From NCBI RefSeq assembly GCF_009914755.1, contig NC_060929.1: a stretch of DNA of 64,000 bases; one strand, written 5' to 3'. Every line of letters begins with the position of its first letter. Position 1 is the first letter of the stretch. Positions 1-16,468 of this stretch are shown here, piece after piece. The DNA comes from the human T2T-CHM13v2.0 reference genome, Homo sapiens. Both the position numbers and the translations under genes were made by a program. Under the pieces are notes generated by a model, which saw nothing but the letters and a program-made list of their open reading frames with translations, made no database searches and was not told the origin of the DNA.

Positions 1-1044
1 ACACTTTTGATATGCATGGGGTTCAGTTACAACATTTTAAATAAAAACCCTAGTCCCTCAACAGCATGCTTCAAATTTCAGTTCTCATGGTAGATTAACA
101 GTAAGTAATTGCATAAGATACAAAATTTGCCACCAGCCCTTCAGTCCACAAATCGCTATGTGAAAAGAGAGATGTGCATAATGATCAGTAACTAATTGCA
201 TCACTCCTTTCACCATCCGTTAGTGATTGCTCACTGTGTTTGTTATTCAGTTCATCACAGACAGCAAAGCATGGACTTTGGATGCCTCTTTGTCTCCCAC
301 TGATAAACCCATAGGATGTTTTATGAAAACGGGTCACTGAAAGAGAGAATTAGACAACAAAGATGAAAAAGCAGCAAAGAAACAACAAATGATAACACAA
401 AATAAAATAAAAATAAAATGTAAATAGAGTTACAAAAGAAATATCTGACCATGGGAATATTGATACTGGCATCATTTGAGAAACTATAGCTCTATAACCA
501 AAGGAACTCAGTGAAGCACAGCTATCAACACACATGAGGAAAAGTGGGTGTGAAGAAAAGGATGAAGATGCCCCAGAAGTCACGCTTGCTGAAAAACTTC
601 CCCTTAAAGGAATTCTCAAAGATACATCATGATATTGAAGGCACAAAGGAGAAAACATTGGAAGGTGATTCAAACTTAGAAAAGAGCATGATGATTTGAT
701 AAGATATTGAGAAGATGCTCACTCTGTATGGTAGGTTATACAAGAAGAAGGCAAGCGCTGTTCAAACTACTCCTGACACTTTTTTCCCAGAATATAAAAT
801 ACTTTAATTTTGAATGTTTCTAATGTTTGAAACTATAGTATGTTAAATTAGTATTGGTTGTACTATTTTTTCATTTTCTTATACTTTCATAACTTTAAGC
901 AGTAAGAGATTTTTTAATATCAAAATGTTTTATAGGTTATGGAACAATAGTAATATTTTCATTGATTTTTACAATCATTTTGCATGGTTTCAGCTTGCAT
1001 GGCCATTTTTACAGTCCCACACCACTGTGGAAAGCAAACATTGT
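1..1044 (+). mobile_element. Tigger13a-like DNA transposon (TcMar-Tigger)
   Basis: Matches recalled Tigger13a consensus (ttcagtccacaaatc..., gatgaagatgccccagaag..., aaggcaagcgctgttcaaactact, terminal gcttgcatggccatttttacagtcccacaccactgtg). Confidence 0.8.
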
Positions 1045-1145
1045 ATAAAGAAACAAAAATAACTACCATAGTCAGAATCATTTTTAAAATTATAAAAAAA
1101 ATGGGGGGGACTCATGTTAACTGGCTTAAAGAATATTATAAAGCT

Positions 1146-1433
<288 letters not shown>

Positions 1434-2281
1434 TCAGGACAGCGCCAGTATAAGGACAGATGAATATATCAGTGGAACAGAATAGAGTCCAGAAATAGAT
1501 CCATACATAAGTGGTTAATTGATATTTGTCAAATGTGCCAAGGCAATTCAAAGAGAAATGGATAGTGGTCTCAAAAAATTATGCTGAATCAACTGGGCAT
1601 CTTTATGAAAAATAATAAACCTCAACCTCACACCATACAAAGAATGAATCATAGCCTAAAACATAAATCTAAGCATAAGCCTTAAAACTTCTAGAATGAA
1701 ACATAGGAGAAAAATTTTACAGCCATGGAGTAGGTTCATTTATTAATTTAAAATAAATATAATTTATATTTATTAGAATTAAAAATTTATTAATGAGAAC
1801 ATGAAAGCACAAACATAGAAGGAAAAACAATACACTGCAATTGATCAAAATTAAAACTTTTACTTTTCAAAGGATATCAAGAAAATGCAAAGGAAAGCCA
1901 GAAATTTGGAGCATGAATTTGAAATACATATATCTGACATATTGTATATCCAAAATATATAATGAGATCTTGCAACTCAAGAAAAAGACAAACTACTGAC
2001 TAAAAATAAACATGCAAACAAGCAAAATAATTGGGCAAAGATTGAGCCGACATTCGCCAAAAAAAGTATGAGAATGGTAAATAAGTACATAAAAGGATGT
2101 CCACCTTCATTAATGAAGGAAATAAAAATAAAAATCACAATTAGATACTACTTCAGATCTGTTGGAATGGCTGAAATTAATCAGACTGACAATACCAAAG
2201 AAGGGTGAAGAGCAACTGAAACTTGCTACAGTGTTCTTTGGAATATAATATGGCGTGAACATTTTGAAAAAGAGTTTGGCA

Positions 2282-2535
2282 AACACCGCATGTTCTCACT
2301 CATAATTGGGAGTTGAACAATGAGAACACATGGACGCAGGGAGGGGAACATCACACACCGGGGCCTGTTGGGGGGTGAGGGGCTAGGGGAGGGATAGCAT
2401 TAGAAGAAATACTTAATGTGGATGATGGGTTGGTGGGTGCAGCAAACCACCATGGCACATGTATACCTATGTAACAAACCTGTACGTTCTGCACATGTAT
2501 CCCAGATCTTAAAGTATAATAATAATAATAAAAAA
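2282..2535 (+). mobile_element. L1PA (PA6-8-like) 3'UTR fragment
   Basis: L1PA 3'UTR with A-rich tail; TSD-like gagtttggca on both sides. Confidence 0.9.
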
Positions 2536-2769
2536 AGGAGTTTGGCACTTTTTAAATGAAGTTTAACATCTACTGACCCAAAGGTATAGAATCTCCAACT
2601 TCTAGATATTTGCCCAAAAGGAAATACGTGTCCACAAAAAGGATTACACATCCAAATAACAATAAAGAAACTGAATCCATAATCAAAAAGTTCTCCAAAG
2701 AAAAATATTCAGGTCCAGATAATTTCACTGGAGAATTTTACCAAACATTTAAAAAATTGACACTAATTT

Positions 2770-3499
2770 TGAAACCACCTTTGCAAAATTATAACTGAGC
2801 AAATTATGACAGTGAAAGAAATCAGACCTAACCGACTCCATCTTGCTTCTAACCTTTAAGCTGTCCTTGTTCATTCCCGGGTGTAGGGCAAACTAACTTT
2901 GGGAAGGATTCAGTTCATGGTTTAACTATCAAACAAAACTGATAACAGCCCTTTCCTGAAAAGACCCCCTTCTTGCCTGGGGACCAGTCTGCCTTTACAG
3001 GACTAACAAATTAGCTACAAGATTAAAAATTACAGTTTAGGGGTCATGCAGCTTCTGGCTCCAAAAGTCTGAACCTCCCCAAATTGCTCCTGGGGATAAC
3101 ATCACTATTGTAAAACCTAAGATCAGTACTTGAGACATTTTTCAGACCCTGCACTTGATGGATCAGCTGACACCACCCAGACTGGTAATCTGCCTCAACC
3201 AGTTCTGCCATCTCACCCAGGAACAGAAGACATTAAGAAAACCTAACTTCAACCCCCTATGATTCCATCTCCAACCTGACCAATCAGCATTCCCCACTTC
3301 CCAAGGCCCTATCTGCCAAATTATCTTTAAAAATTCTGATCCCCGAATGCTCAGGGAGACTGATTTGAGTAATGATAAAACTCCGGTCTCTTGCACAGCC
3401 GGCTCTGCATGAATTACTCTTTTTCCATTACAGTTCCCCTGTCTTAAGAAAGCAGCTCTGTCTAGGCAGTGGGCAAGGTGAACCCACTGGGCAGTTACA
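2770..3499 (+). mobile_element. LTR8-like solo LTR (ERV1)
   Basis: TG...CA ends (tgaaaccacctttgcaaaatt ... gggcagttaca); 4-bp TSD attt at 2766-2769 and 3500-3503. Confidence 0.9.
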
Positions 3500-3865
3500 A
3501 TTTTACACAACCATTCTGAGAAAACGGAAGTGGAGGGAATGTTTCTCAACTTACTTTATGAGGCTAGTATTGTAGTGATACCAAAACCTAACAAAGACAG
3601 TACAAACAAAGAAAACAAAAAATATATTCTATGAACTTAGATGCAGAAATCCTCAACAAAACATTAGCAAATTCAAATCCAATAACATACCATGACCAAG
3701 TTTGTATTTGTTCCCTATATTTAATGCTGGTTTAATATTTGGAAAATTGATCAATGAAATCCACCATATCAACAGGTTAGAGATGAGAAATCATATCAAT
3801 TGGCACAGAAAAGGCAGCTAACAAAATACAGGATCATTCATGGTTTTTTAAAAATAGAACTCTCA

Positions 3866-4490
<625 letters not shown>

Positions 4491-5271
4491 AACGTTCAGT
4501 TCTAGCCACTGAAATAAGGCAAGAGAAAGAAAAAAAAAGATATTCAGACTGGGAAAGAAGAAGTAAACCCATCTCTATTTGCAGATAACGTAATTGTCTA
4601 TGTAGAAAATCCCAAGGAATCTACCAAAAAAAAAAGAAAAAAAAGAAAAAAAAAACTCCCAGACCTAATAAGCAAGTTTTGCAAAGTTGCAAGATAGAAG
4701 ATCAATCCACAAAAATCCATCATATTTCTATATACTAACAATTAACATGCAGAAACTGAAATTTAAAATATAATACTATTTAGAATCACTTCAAAGAAAA
4801 TGAAATACTTAAAAATATATTAAGAAAATGTGCATGGGATCTTATGCTAAAAATTGCAAAATGCTGATGAAATAAAAGAAAGATAGAAATAAATGGAGAG
4901 ATATACCTTGTTCATGGATTGGAAAACTCAACATAGTGAAGTGGTTAACTCTCCCCAAGTTGACATATGAGTTTAATATAATTCCTATCAAAATCCCAGC
5001 TTTGTGGACATAGAGAAAATTTATATGGAAATGCATAGCCCTATAATAGCTAAAAGAAAGTTGATAAAGAAGAATAAAGTAGGTACAGAAATCACTCTGC
5101 CTTTTAATAAGGCTTACATTATTAGCTAGAAAAATCAAGACAGTATGGTAGTGTTTTAGGGAACAGACTCTAGATCTATTCCTAGATCCATCCAGAGAGA
5201 GCCACAGAAGAGAACCCAGAATCCAGAAACAGACCCACAAAATACATCCAGTGGCTTTTAATAAAGATGCC

Positions 5272-6405
<1,134 letters not shown>

Positions 6406-7385
6406 AAGAATTCTCATAACTCAACAGTAAAGAAACACCATTCAAACAGAAAATGGACAAAAGACATGGAAAAGATATTTTACCAAGACAGATACATAGA
6501 TGGCAAATGAGTACATGAAAAGATGTTCAACACCATTAACCATTAAAGAAACAAATTAAAACTACAGTGAGATATCACTGCACACCTGTAAGAATAGCTC
6601 AGATAAAAAAGAGTGACAACATCAAATGCTGATGATGCTGAGAAGTTGGCTCACCGGTGCAATGATGCTGGAAATGTAAAACGGTACCGTTATTCTGGAA
6701 AACAGCTCAGCAGTTTTATATAAAACTAAACATACTATCACCATATGACCCAGCAATTGTGCTCTTGGGCATTTATACCAGAGCAATGAAAACTTATCTT
6801 TACACAAAAACATGTACACTAATGTTCACAGCAGCTTTATTAGTAACAGCCAAAAACTAGAAACAACCTTCGATGGGAAGGAAACCCATTGATATACACA
6901 CAGCTTAGATAAATCTCAAGGGAAGGATGCTGAGTGAAAAATGTCAATCTTAAAAGTTGCATATTATATGATTCCGTTTAAATAGCATTCTTGAAATAAC
7001 AAGATTATAGAGATGGAGAATATATTACTCATTTCCAGGGGTTGGGGATGGAGGAGATGTATGTGGTTATTAAAGGGCAATGCGGGAGATCTTTGTGGTG
7101 ACAAAACTGTTCTGACAGGGGTGGTGAATATGCAAAACTACACATGAAATAAAATTGTCTAGAACTAAATATACACACACACACTCGAGTACATGTAAAA
7201 CTGGGAAATCTAAATAACATCAGTAGATGATAACAATGTCAATTCCTGGTCATGATACTGTACTATAATTCTGTAAGATGTTACTACTGGAGAAAACTGA
7301 ATAAAGGATACACGGAATCTCTCTGTGTTATGTCTTAAAATCACACGTGAATCTAAAAAATCTCAAAATAAAAAGGTGTATTAAA

Positions 7386-7840
7386 GCAAAAAGATTTGAA
7401 TACAATCTCATAGTAGCATTTTCATAACAGTCCTAGACCGGAAATAACCCAAATGCCCAACAACAGGTGAATGGAGAAGCAGATTTTCCTACTCAGAAAT
7501 AGAAATGAACAAATTGTTCATACATGCAACACCATAGTTAATTTCCCAGACAATACTGAATGAAAGAAGACAATATTTCATTTATATGAAGTTGCAGAAC
7601 AAATAAAACTAATCAATGGTGATGAAAAAAATTAAAGAGTTGGTGAAAGGGAGGAGTGAAGCGACTGCAAAAGAATCTGCAGGCCTTTCTAGGATGATGG
7701 AAATATAAAGACATCTTGATTAAGGTGGTGGTTACATACGACACACATTTATCAAAACTTATCAAAGCATATCCTTTAAATCTGTGCTTTTTATTGTGTA
7801 TGCAAATTATACCTCAACAACTCAACAAGTTATTTTTAAG
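7386..7840 (+). mobile_element. L1ME-like 3' end (continuation of the element at 1050-2650)
   Basis: L1ME 3'UTR-like (acacatttatcaaaactt...tgcaaattatacctcaa). Confidence 0.65.
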
Positions 7841-8934
7841 TGTCGGTATGGTTGTAAGACAGAGAGGAGTCTAGGATATTGAAGATGGAGGCAAGGAAAT
7901 GTCTGGGGAGTTTCTAATGCAGGCATCTTTGATCCTGGTCAGATGGCCTTAAAGGGAAGGGTATACCAGTCAAGGAAATAGGGCACATTGAATAGGAATC
8001 CAGGAAATCTGGGAGTAGTAAAGCCTCTTTTCTCTATTACAACACCTCTATACACCACAGAGGGTGTGAGGAATGAGAAACCTAAGGTCTATATTTCCGT
8101 GAGATACTGTTAATGATGACTTTTAATTTGTACAGGCTATAATTTGCATATTTTTCCATGTGCCTAATTAGTGTTATCTTCAAGACTTACTGGGTAAACA
8201 AAAGGGGTCTGTTGGTTCAAGGACATACCTGACTTATCATATCCTCCCTTGACTATGCACTTTTGATTACTGAACATTTCCAGAGAATTAACAAATAGAG
8301 CAGGAGATTAAATGATATGGAAAATATTAATTAGTGGGCTTAATATCCGTACTTGGTGGGAGAGACGTATATATATGCAAAGAGATTGAAGCATGTTCCA
8401 GGGAAAAGCTTAGAAGATGAAGCTACCAGCTTCTTTATTAATGGCCTTCAACTACCTCAAGCTTGCCGTGTTTTTAAAGCAAAATAATGTGTTTCTAACA
8501 CAAACACTCCAGCAGCATATTACAGCCTGAAAGGGAAATCTGGTAAGGATACAAACAGCTCTCTACTATTTATGCCTTGTGGAACTGCCATGGAAATTCT
8601 GATGTCCTGACACTGGAAATATCCAACTAGCCTGCAGAGAAGCCAATTCTTGGAAAGTGCACCATCATTTTAATTTTGAAATAAAAGGAAATTAAGACAT
8701 GAGGAAAAGATGCCTGAGATGCTAAATATAAAGACAGCATTTAATTATTCTGAGTCAGTTATCTAGTTTAAAGAATAAATTCTTCACTATCAAAAACAAT
8801 GCACCACTATCTTTATGAATTTTCTTTCTGCTAAACCTCTCTTCCTTTTAGATATCTATATTCTAGAGCTATTGATTTTTGAGGTTCCTCTCATGCAAAC
8901 TTGGGAGCAAATTCATTGTCAACTACCAATCTGG

Positions 8935-9130
8935 AACCCAGGAAAGAGTTGAGCTTTTGAAACCAGGATTCCATGTCATTTACTAGCTACTTGCTTCCAA
9001 GTTTCCTTACTAAAAAAAAAACGGGAATAAAAATAATTCCTTTTCTATCTTCCTGACAATGCTATTTGCAAATAAATGAAAGAATTCACCTAAAACATAA
9101 AGTATATTCCACACATTATATAAGTGCTAT
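8935..9130 (+). mobile_element. MIR fragment
   Basis: Degenerate MIR core (catttactagct...gtttcctt...aaaacgggaataa). Confidence 0.5.
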
Positions 9131-9586
9131 TTGATGTACATTTGAGAAGACACTTGATAGAAGAGATTTACAATACAGATATTTGATACAGTTTAAAAAC
9201 TAACTTTTAACAACATGAACAACCCAAAATGAAACTATTCTATAGAACTAAAATCTTAAATCTGCCAAATTCCATTAGAGTTGAAAATTAACCTATATAT
9301 TTGGTTTGAAGCAATATGATAATAATGTGAAACCAGTCAGTCAAACACAAAGAAAAGACTTGTACAATTAAATAATTTTAAGCTAGTTTATGAATTCTCA
9401 TGACCTTATTACAAGTTATTTGATAATGAAGATCAAAGCACATAATATATAAAAACAAATATAAATTGCTAACTATTCTCTGTTTTGTCCAATTTACTTT
9501 AATAATGAAAACATAAAATCTATCCACCGTCATATATAAAAATAGGCCAGGGAACTCTCTTCAAGTATCTGTACAAAGGGCTTACA

Positions 9587-10467
9587 TGAAAAATATCTGT
9601 GTTTACTATAGTCATCCTGTTGTGCTATCAAATCCTATTCCTTTGATCTAACTATATATTTGTACCCATTTGTATTTAGACAGTTTAAGCAGAATAAATT
9701 TTTTAAAAAGAAACTTCTTCGAAGTGCCCCTAGGTTTCAAACAGAAAGGTTTAGTAATGCTAATAAAGTATGACAGTATATTACAATCTATAGTTACACT
9801 ATCTTCCACCACATGCGAATCTGAAGAAAAGGTTATTGATTTAGAAACCATCTGCCACAGACTTCACAGTTTCACCCAAAGAAGCAATTTGTTTTTATTT
9901 TCTATCACTATAACTTCTTACCCTCTCATGACTCTCAGTTATAAGTCCCAGTGAGTCACTTTCCTTTGTTTCATTTCTTCAAACATTTCTAGAAAGGTGA
10001 AAATAAGTATATTGGTTTGCTTGAAAATATTTCCTCTACTATTCTTTCTCAAGTGGTCAATAGTATGTTACTAACAAATGCATTTCAACTAAGAATATAT
10101 GTTTCCTGAGCTGACTCCCACTCCTGCTACAAGTGCATTATTGTACTTCAGTAACCAATCTGCCTTCCTCTTCTATTGCACACCAATATTTTCCTAGGCT
10201 AAAATTTTAAACAAACTTGAGCTTTGGAAATCAAATTCCAAGTAGGTACACTGAAGATAGAGGTCTTCATTCTTTTCACAAATTCTACACTTTGAAAGCA
10301 ATTTATTTTTGTTCTTCCTTACCTCCCAATTGTTGACAGAGCTAGTCATTATGCAATTTGTCAGAATCCTAACTATACAGCCAATATTTTTAAAATTAGA
10401 TACATTCACAATTTTTACTTTTTTCTCTATGGCAAAATTTTCTTTATCATCCATACCCTGCTGCTAC
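9587..10467 (-). pseudogene. Pseudo-exon E12 (large, possibly terminal; 3' limit uncertain)
   Basis: Acceptor gcaattttag|G TAG CAG CAG GGT ATG GAT...; phase 2 continues into the 86-aa ORF MDDKENFAIEKKVK (10194-10454). Confidence 0.5.
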
Positions 10468-11077
10468 CTAAAATTGCATGCACAGAAAGAGTATTCCCAA
10501 GGGATAAAAAAAAGTTTTTCACATTAACTTAAGCAAAGTAATTAAAAATATAAATTTAGTAAAACAGACATGTTTTTGAGTAAGTTTTTTCCAACATGTG
10601 GTGAGGCATGTATGTATAACTGTATTTATGAATACGGTTATACTGTACATAATACAGTACATTAAGAATTTGACATGTTTTTTCCTTTATGATACTGAGA
10701 ATATATAATTTAGCCTATTTCCATTTTTCCCCTGGCTGCCAGAAAGCTGAGAGTCAAACAAACCAGCTGCTCATTATATAACTATATTAGTCTCTTTTTG
10801 AACAAATTTGTTTTATTTTCTGTGCCAACTTCTAGAGTACTGTCTAGTAGTAATTCATTAGTTTTATGGTGCATATGTTACACATCATAACCTTTTTCAA
10901 GTCTCTTTTAGATAACAGGTAGGATACAATAAAAGGGCAGACATATTTATTTAAGATCAAGGAGGTAAGTTGTTATTTTACTAAAACTTAACAGAAATTG
11001 ACAAATACTTTTATATGTCTTGAAAAAGTGCTTAAAGCCACATTTCATCAAATAAAATAGATTTTATTTTAGCTTAC

Positions 11078-11098
11078 CTATTGGTAATTTTCAGGGCT
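11078..11098 (-). pseudogene. Pseudo-exon E11 (21-nt micro-exon)
   Basis: gccttttcag|AGCCCTGAAAATTACCAATAG|gtaagc; phase 2 to 2; ALKITNR. Confidence 0.55.
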
Positions 11099-11382
11099 CT
11101 GAAAAGGCTTTAATTAAAGAGTATCAGAGGATTTAAGAGCAGGATGGCTGTTTGTGTCAATATTAAGCCAAGATTTACAAAGGCCTATTACGGTTCCAGT
11201 GACATTTCCTTCCTATTTTTCCATATCAGCAGGAACATTTCTTGAGGGAATAGATTGCTACTTGCTGATAAGATCTCTGACAGTAAAGGTAGGCTAAGCA
11301 GGATGCCAGGTATGAAACTAGAGAATAAAATCTTATCAAATGTAAAACTTGTAACATTGCACCTGCCATGTAGTTGGTTTAC

Positions 11383-11427
11383 CTCGAATGGTCATTGCTT
11401 TTCCTCAAAAGCATATAAAGTTGTATC
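11383..11427 (-). pseudogene. Pseudo-exon E10 (45 nt)
   Basis: cacttattag|GATACAA...TTCGAG|gtaaac; phase 2 to 2; IQLYMLLRKSNDHSR, open. Confidence 0.55.
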
Positions 11428-12199
11428 CTAATAAGTGTTGGTATGCAACAAAATTATGTTTTAATAAACTGAGTAATTTTTAAAAACTAATTTTGGAGCA
11501 TGATAGAAGTTTAATAAACATCTAAAGAGATTTAAAAGCAAATAAGTAATCATAGTCATCAATTCACTTAGAAGCAAACCTCTCATATACTTTACATCTA
11601 CTTCAAGGCTTTTTCTACTGCATGAATCAAATCACAGCTGCCTTATTTTCACCCAAAGATAACACACTGTTTTGTGACTCCATAAGGTTATTTATTACTA
11701 ATATATTTTATATTTGCATGGCACTTTTCTATTTACAACATACTTTCATTTATAGATTATCTCATTCAAGCTTCATCATTCTGAGAAAACAGATTATAAT
11801 CACATTAAAAAGTACAGGATGAGGTTAACAAATGGACTAAATATACAAATAGAGTTAAAACAGCCTGATTAAGATACAGAATTTAAATATTTTTCAGGCT
11901 GTGCAAAGCTAAGATAATGTCCTTTGTCATCAAGCTCACTGAAAAGCTTTTATTAGGCAACATTTGTATGGAGCACTGTTCTCTGGGATAAACTACGAAC
12001 CATTAACATGGGCAAACATACAAGGAGCATACAAGTAGAGAATAAAGGCAAGATTAAGGTACATAATAGTAGCAAAAAAAGTCTTTTATCAGTCAAAGTC
12101 CAGATGCATAAGAGTAATATACATATGGATATCACAGGAGTGGTGACAGGTAGATAAAATTTATCACTTTTCTTTTGTATTTCAAGATAATAATATTTT

Positions 12200-12740
12200 A
12201 ACTTATGTAATTCCTACAAGAACCCCCTATAAAGTAAGAACTATTTTATGCCTGAGGAAACTGAGGAACAAAGATTAAGAAACATTACTGAAAGCCAGGC
12301 GTGGTGCTTCACGCTTGTAACCTCAACACTTTAGAAGGCTGAGGTGGGTAGATCACTTGAGATCAGGAGCTTAAGACCAGCCTGGGCAACAAAGCAAGAC
12401 CGTGTCTCTACAAAAAAATAACATAAAAAATTAGCCAAGCATGGTAGCTTGCACCTGTAGTCCTAACTCCTCGGGAGGTTGAGGCAGGAGGATAGCTTGA
12501 GCCCAGGAGTCTGAGCCTGCAGTGAGCTATGATTGTGCCTGGGCAACAGAGTAAGAGTGAGACACTGTCTGAAAAGAAAATAAAGAAAAAAGAAAAGAAA
12601 TGAAAAGAAAGAAAAGAAAAAGAGAAGAGAAGAGAAAACATCACTCAAGATCACACACCTAATGCTAATAAGTGGCCAAAGTGGGATTCAAACCCAGGCA
12701 GTTTGGCTGCCTACAACTCAACCCTACCCTCACTCTACTG
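12200..12740 (-). mobile_element. MIR split by an Alu
   Basis: tgaggaaactgagg core before the Alu; aagatcacac...gggattcaaacccaggca after it. Confidence 0.75.
12294..12635 (+). mobile_element. AluJ
   Basis: AluJ features (gcttgagcccaggag, gtgagctatgatt); GA-rich tail. Confidence 0.9.
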
Positions 12741-14624
12741 CGTGGAAAAATTACCTGCCATGGTGAACGGGAAACTGAAACTGTATGAAAGAAAGAGGAG
12801 AGCAAAGCTTATCTTATGATCAGGTGGTACCTGTGAGAAATGATTTGAGGGAAAAACAAGTAAAATAACTTAAAAATATTCACCTCACTGACTCTCCACC
12901 ATGAGAAGTTTCCCTTTTAGGATCTATTTTCCAAAATCCCCTATTTGATGCAAGTATTCAGGTATATGTACAGTCACTATCCAACACCTTTGTTTTCAAC
13001 TAATATCATGGGGATTACAATGACTCTCATGACACCCACGTGAAAGAAAATAAAACCCCACATCCAGGGCAGTGTCTAGACCTGAACGTTACTGAGAGAA
13101 TAAGGAAACCAAAATAGCTGGCTTCAAATGTGGGCTGAGGACCAGGTAGTAAGTGGATGACATACAATGGAACCTTCCAAACACACAGAATAGCACCCAC
13201 AGAATAAAACAGAGCCCTGGACGCCAGGGTGGTCATTGATCAAACAAGGCTAGAGGGATGACAGAGAAAAGGCGAGACTTCAAGGCTTTAAAATTGGGAG
13301 CAGAGACCTTGGCAATAAGAAACTGCTGGAAAGCTTTCAGAGAAGGTTCCAAATACAAAGGCAGGTTGGTTAATTTGGCACCACCAGGAGGAATACTGTG
13401 TGGAGTCTAGCCAGGCCTATGAGGCCTTGAATCCTGAGACAGGAGATGGCAGGAAACCAAATGCAGAAGGTGGCACCAGGAGAGTCCTCATACACCGCAC
13501 ATCCTAGAATATGCTCCAGGGATTCAGAATGATGGATGATGGAGAACGGGCTCTTGCTTATGATGTTTCCAGGAAAGATCTGAGACACAGTAGCCTCACA
13601 GAATCTTGGGTTTTTCCCCCGTGGCAACTTGACTGAAGGAGACAATTTTGATACGCCATATCTGCTTTCTATTTCATACCACCCAGAGAAGGTCAGAGGG
13701 AATGGGAAAGTAAAAGTTCACTGTTCAAAAAGAGTGAGACGGTGTTTCATGTCTGTTTCTGAGGAGACCAGGGGTACTGTGACAGACAAGGAGATGTTCA
13801 GCAATGGTGGGTAGCACAGGAAATGGAGCTCTCTAGGCAGCATGATCACAGAAAGAATTGCCATTGGCAGCCCGTATTTTTCAAGAGGAAATTAAAGGAC
13901 ACATAAAATCAGAGAAGAAAGTGGGGAGCAGAAAGGGTTTCAGGAGCAGAAAGTACATTGAGTACCAATTTGACAGCCAGTCACCATAAAAGATATGAGT
14001 TTGGATCCAAATGCCGAGTTGATAGAGCGCTAAGGCAGCTTAGAATCTTCAACATAAACACAGCAGAGAGGGGTATAAAGTGACCGAGCTGAGATGTAAA
14101 CAATAATTCCTAGACCCAGATTTCAACAGCAGCAGTATAGCTCTTGGTGGGAAGAATAAATATTTTATATGTATAGAAGTAAAAATGATATGTGTGTTAA
14201 TTCCCAAAGAGGGATTAAAGACCTTTCTCTAACATAGTACCAATGTGTAAATGTTCTCCAAGACTTATTTTATTAAGCACACATTCCTGGGAAGGTGATA
14301 AAGCTAGCTATTAGATTGCATTCTGAAGATGCTCAATTATTTTCTTTATATGTGGTCCCCCGCCTTTCTAAAATCTCTACACTGGGCCAAATAGGAGACC
14401 ACTGAGCTTAGTATGCCAGCTCATTCCTGGATATGTTTATCGCTACTAGGAGCAAATGCTGTGTCTTCCACCAAATTTTTAAGTGTCTGAGCAGACAAAT
14501 ATCTTGAAAACCTGACTATATTTTATGCTGAGCTCTCCAAGTCTGTGCTGAATAAATGCAGGGATACGGCTTATACTAGAGAAAACAAAGTAAAGATACA
14601 TATATGTTCCTTATGTTGGTAACA

Positions 14625-14850
14625 TTAACAGCAGCTATCATTTCACTGTTTATACTATACTAAGCATGCAGATATTAAAATTAATCCTCTCCTAATGATC
14701 CTTTAAGGTAGGTGGTCCCAATTTACAGAAAAGGAAACTGAGGCCTATGTATTGGAACAATTTCCTCAAGAATACACAAAGCTGGAAAGTGGCAGAAATG
14801 AGGTTAAATACAGATCTGCTTGAAGCCAATATCTTAACCACTAGGCTCCT
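14625..14850 (-). mobile_element. MIR
   Basis: cccaatttacagaaaaggaaactgaggc core. Confidence 0.75.
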
Positions 14851-15129
14851 AAGCACAGTACTGTCAGCTGGGAATACAATAATGAATATGTCATGGTTCA
14901 GTCTTCCAGGAGTCCACATGGGAGTAAAGAGAGAGAGGAGAAAGAGTCGATATAATCCATAACAGTACGAAGAAATCCTATAAGTATATGCAGACTAGCA
15001 ACTAACAGCCTGAGTATGAACAGTGAGGGTCAGTGTTAGCACTGGGCCTTAACAGGAGCAGTTTGGTTGGCATGAGGGCTGTGGATAGCTGCAGGGGGAG
15101 AGTGTCCATCCTGAAGGAGTGCCTTTTAC

Positions 15130-15184
15130 CAGCTGATGGAATCCATTCTAAACATCAGTGGACTGAATCATTGAATAGAATCAC
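15130..15184 (-). pseudogene. Pseudo-exon E9 (55 nt)
   Basis: tcttccttatag|GTGATTCT...CAGCTG|gtaaaa; phase 1 to 2; (G)DSIQ*FSPLMFRMDSIS(W). Confidence 0.6.
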
Positions 15185-15649
15185 CTATAAGGAAGATTTT
15201 AGTTTTAATGGTCACTTTTCAAAATAAGCCCGAGTTTCTCATTATTCTTAAGCTATCTTCAGGTTTTATTAAGCCAGCTTTTTAATACATTCAACAGATT
15301 GATTTTTTTAAAAAAATTAAGAGTATTAAACCAGAAGAGCTTCAATAAAGACCCTCAGGTTGATGGTAAGGTTTTAATTACTGGCTTTTGTTTTTAGTAC
15401 TCTAGTTAATTGGGTATCTGATCATCGTATATTTCAAAGCAGTTTTCCCAGGTTCATTAGCAAGAAACTTCTATAATTCAAATCCAAATCTTCACTTCAA
15501 ATATATTGCCCTTCTTTCTTCTTCCTTATCTACAGGGCTACAGTTTGTCACTGAGGAAATTAAACTGAGCAAAAACAAGTTATTTTTCACAAAGCCAACT
15601 TGTTAAGATTTAATACTTTGTAATACTGATAAGATTATATCTGCTAAAC

Positions 15650-16000
15650 AAATTAATTTAGCAGTTTAGAAGTATCTAAGAAAACCTAAACATTGTATAA
15701 CCCATAATAATCTGACTATTCAGCGTTTATTCTATAGAAATCCCCACTTAGGTGGGCATGATGAAGCATGTACAAGGATGTTCAGTGCAGTATATTTGTA
15801 AAAGCAAAAGCTGGAAGCAACATAGATCATCATCAATTGAGCAATAGCTAAATAGGTATCCTGTTTAGCCTACGAATTGACAATGAGGTCAATCTGTATG
15901 GACTAACACAGTAAGATCTCTACGACATATTAATGAAAAAAAATCAAATTGCTAAAAATGTATGATAAAACATCAACTGTGTAGAACATCACACACTCAC
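15650..16000 (+). mobile_element. Old L1 (L1ME4-like) 3' fragment
   Basis: tgtacaaggatgttcagtgcag...aaaagctggaagcaac. Confidence 0.6.
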
Positions 16001-16131
16001 ACCAAATCACATATATATACACATATGCATACAAAGGAGAGATATATACATATATACATAAGTTTTTGTAGATATCTCTCTATATTATATTTATGTACAT
16101 AGCTCTCTTTATCCATATATGCATGCATATA

Positions 16132-16468
16132 GAGTTGTCCCTTGGTATCCACGTGGGATTGGTTCCAGTTCCTCCCACAGATACCAAAATCTACAGATGC
16201 TCAAGTGCCTGATACAAAACAGTGTAGTATTTACATATAATCCGTGTACATTCTCCTACGTACTTGACATCATCTCTAGATTACACATAATACCTAATAT
16301 AATGTAAACACATGTAAATAGTTGTTATACTCTATTGTTTAGGGAATAATGACAAGAAAAAAATGTCTGTACGTGTTTAGTACAGACACAAGGTTTTTTA
16401 AGAGTATTTTTGATCCATGGCTCTTTGATTTCACAGATGCGGAATCCACGGATACAGAGGGCTGACTT
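16132..16468 (+). mobile_element. MER2 (Tigger-derived MITE)
   Basis: TIRs agttgtcccttggtatccac / ggatacagagggctgact. Confidence 0.85.

Noticed and set aside
8229-8530. Further minus-strand splice-site pairs 3' of E12
   Set aside because: No phase link or motif support; may be chance.
12884-13040. Possible minus-strand exon with AG|GTGAAT donor
   Set aside because: No intact acceptor, stops in all frames, and E9 joins E10 directly in phase.
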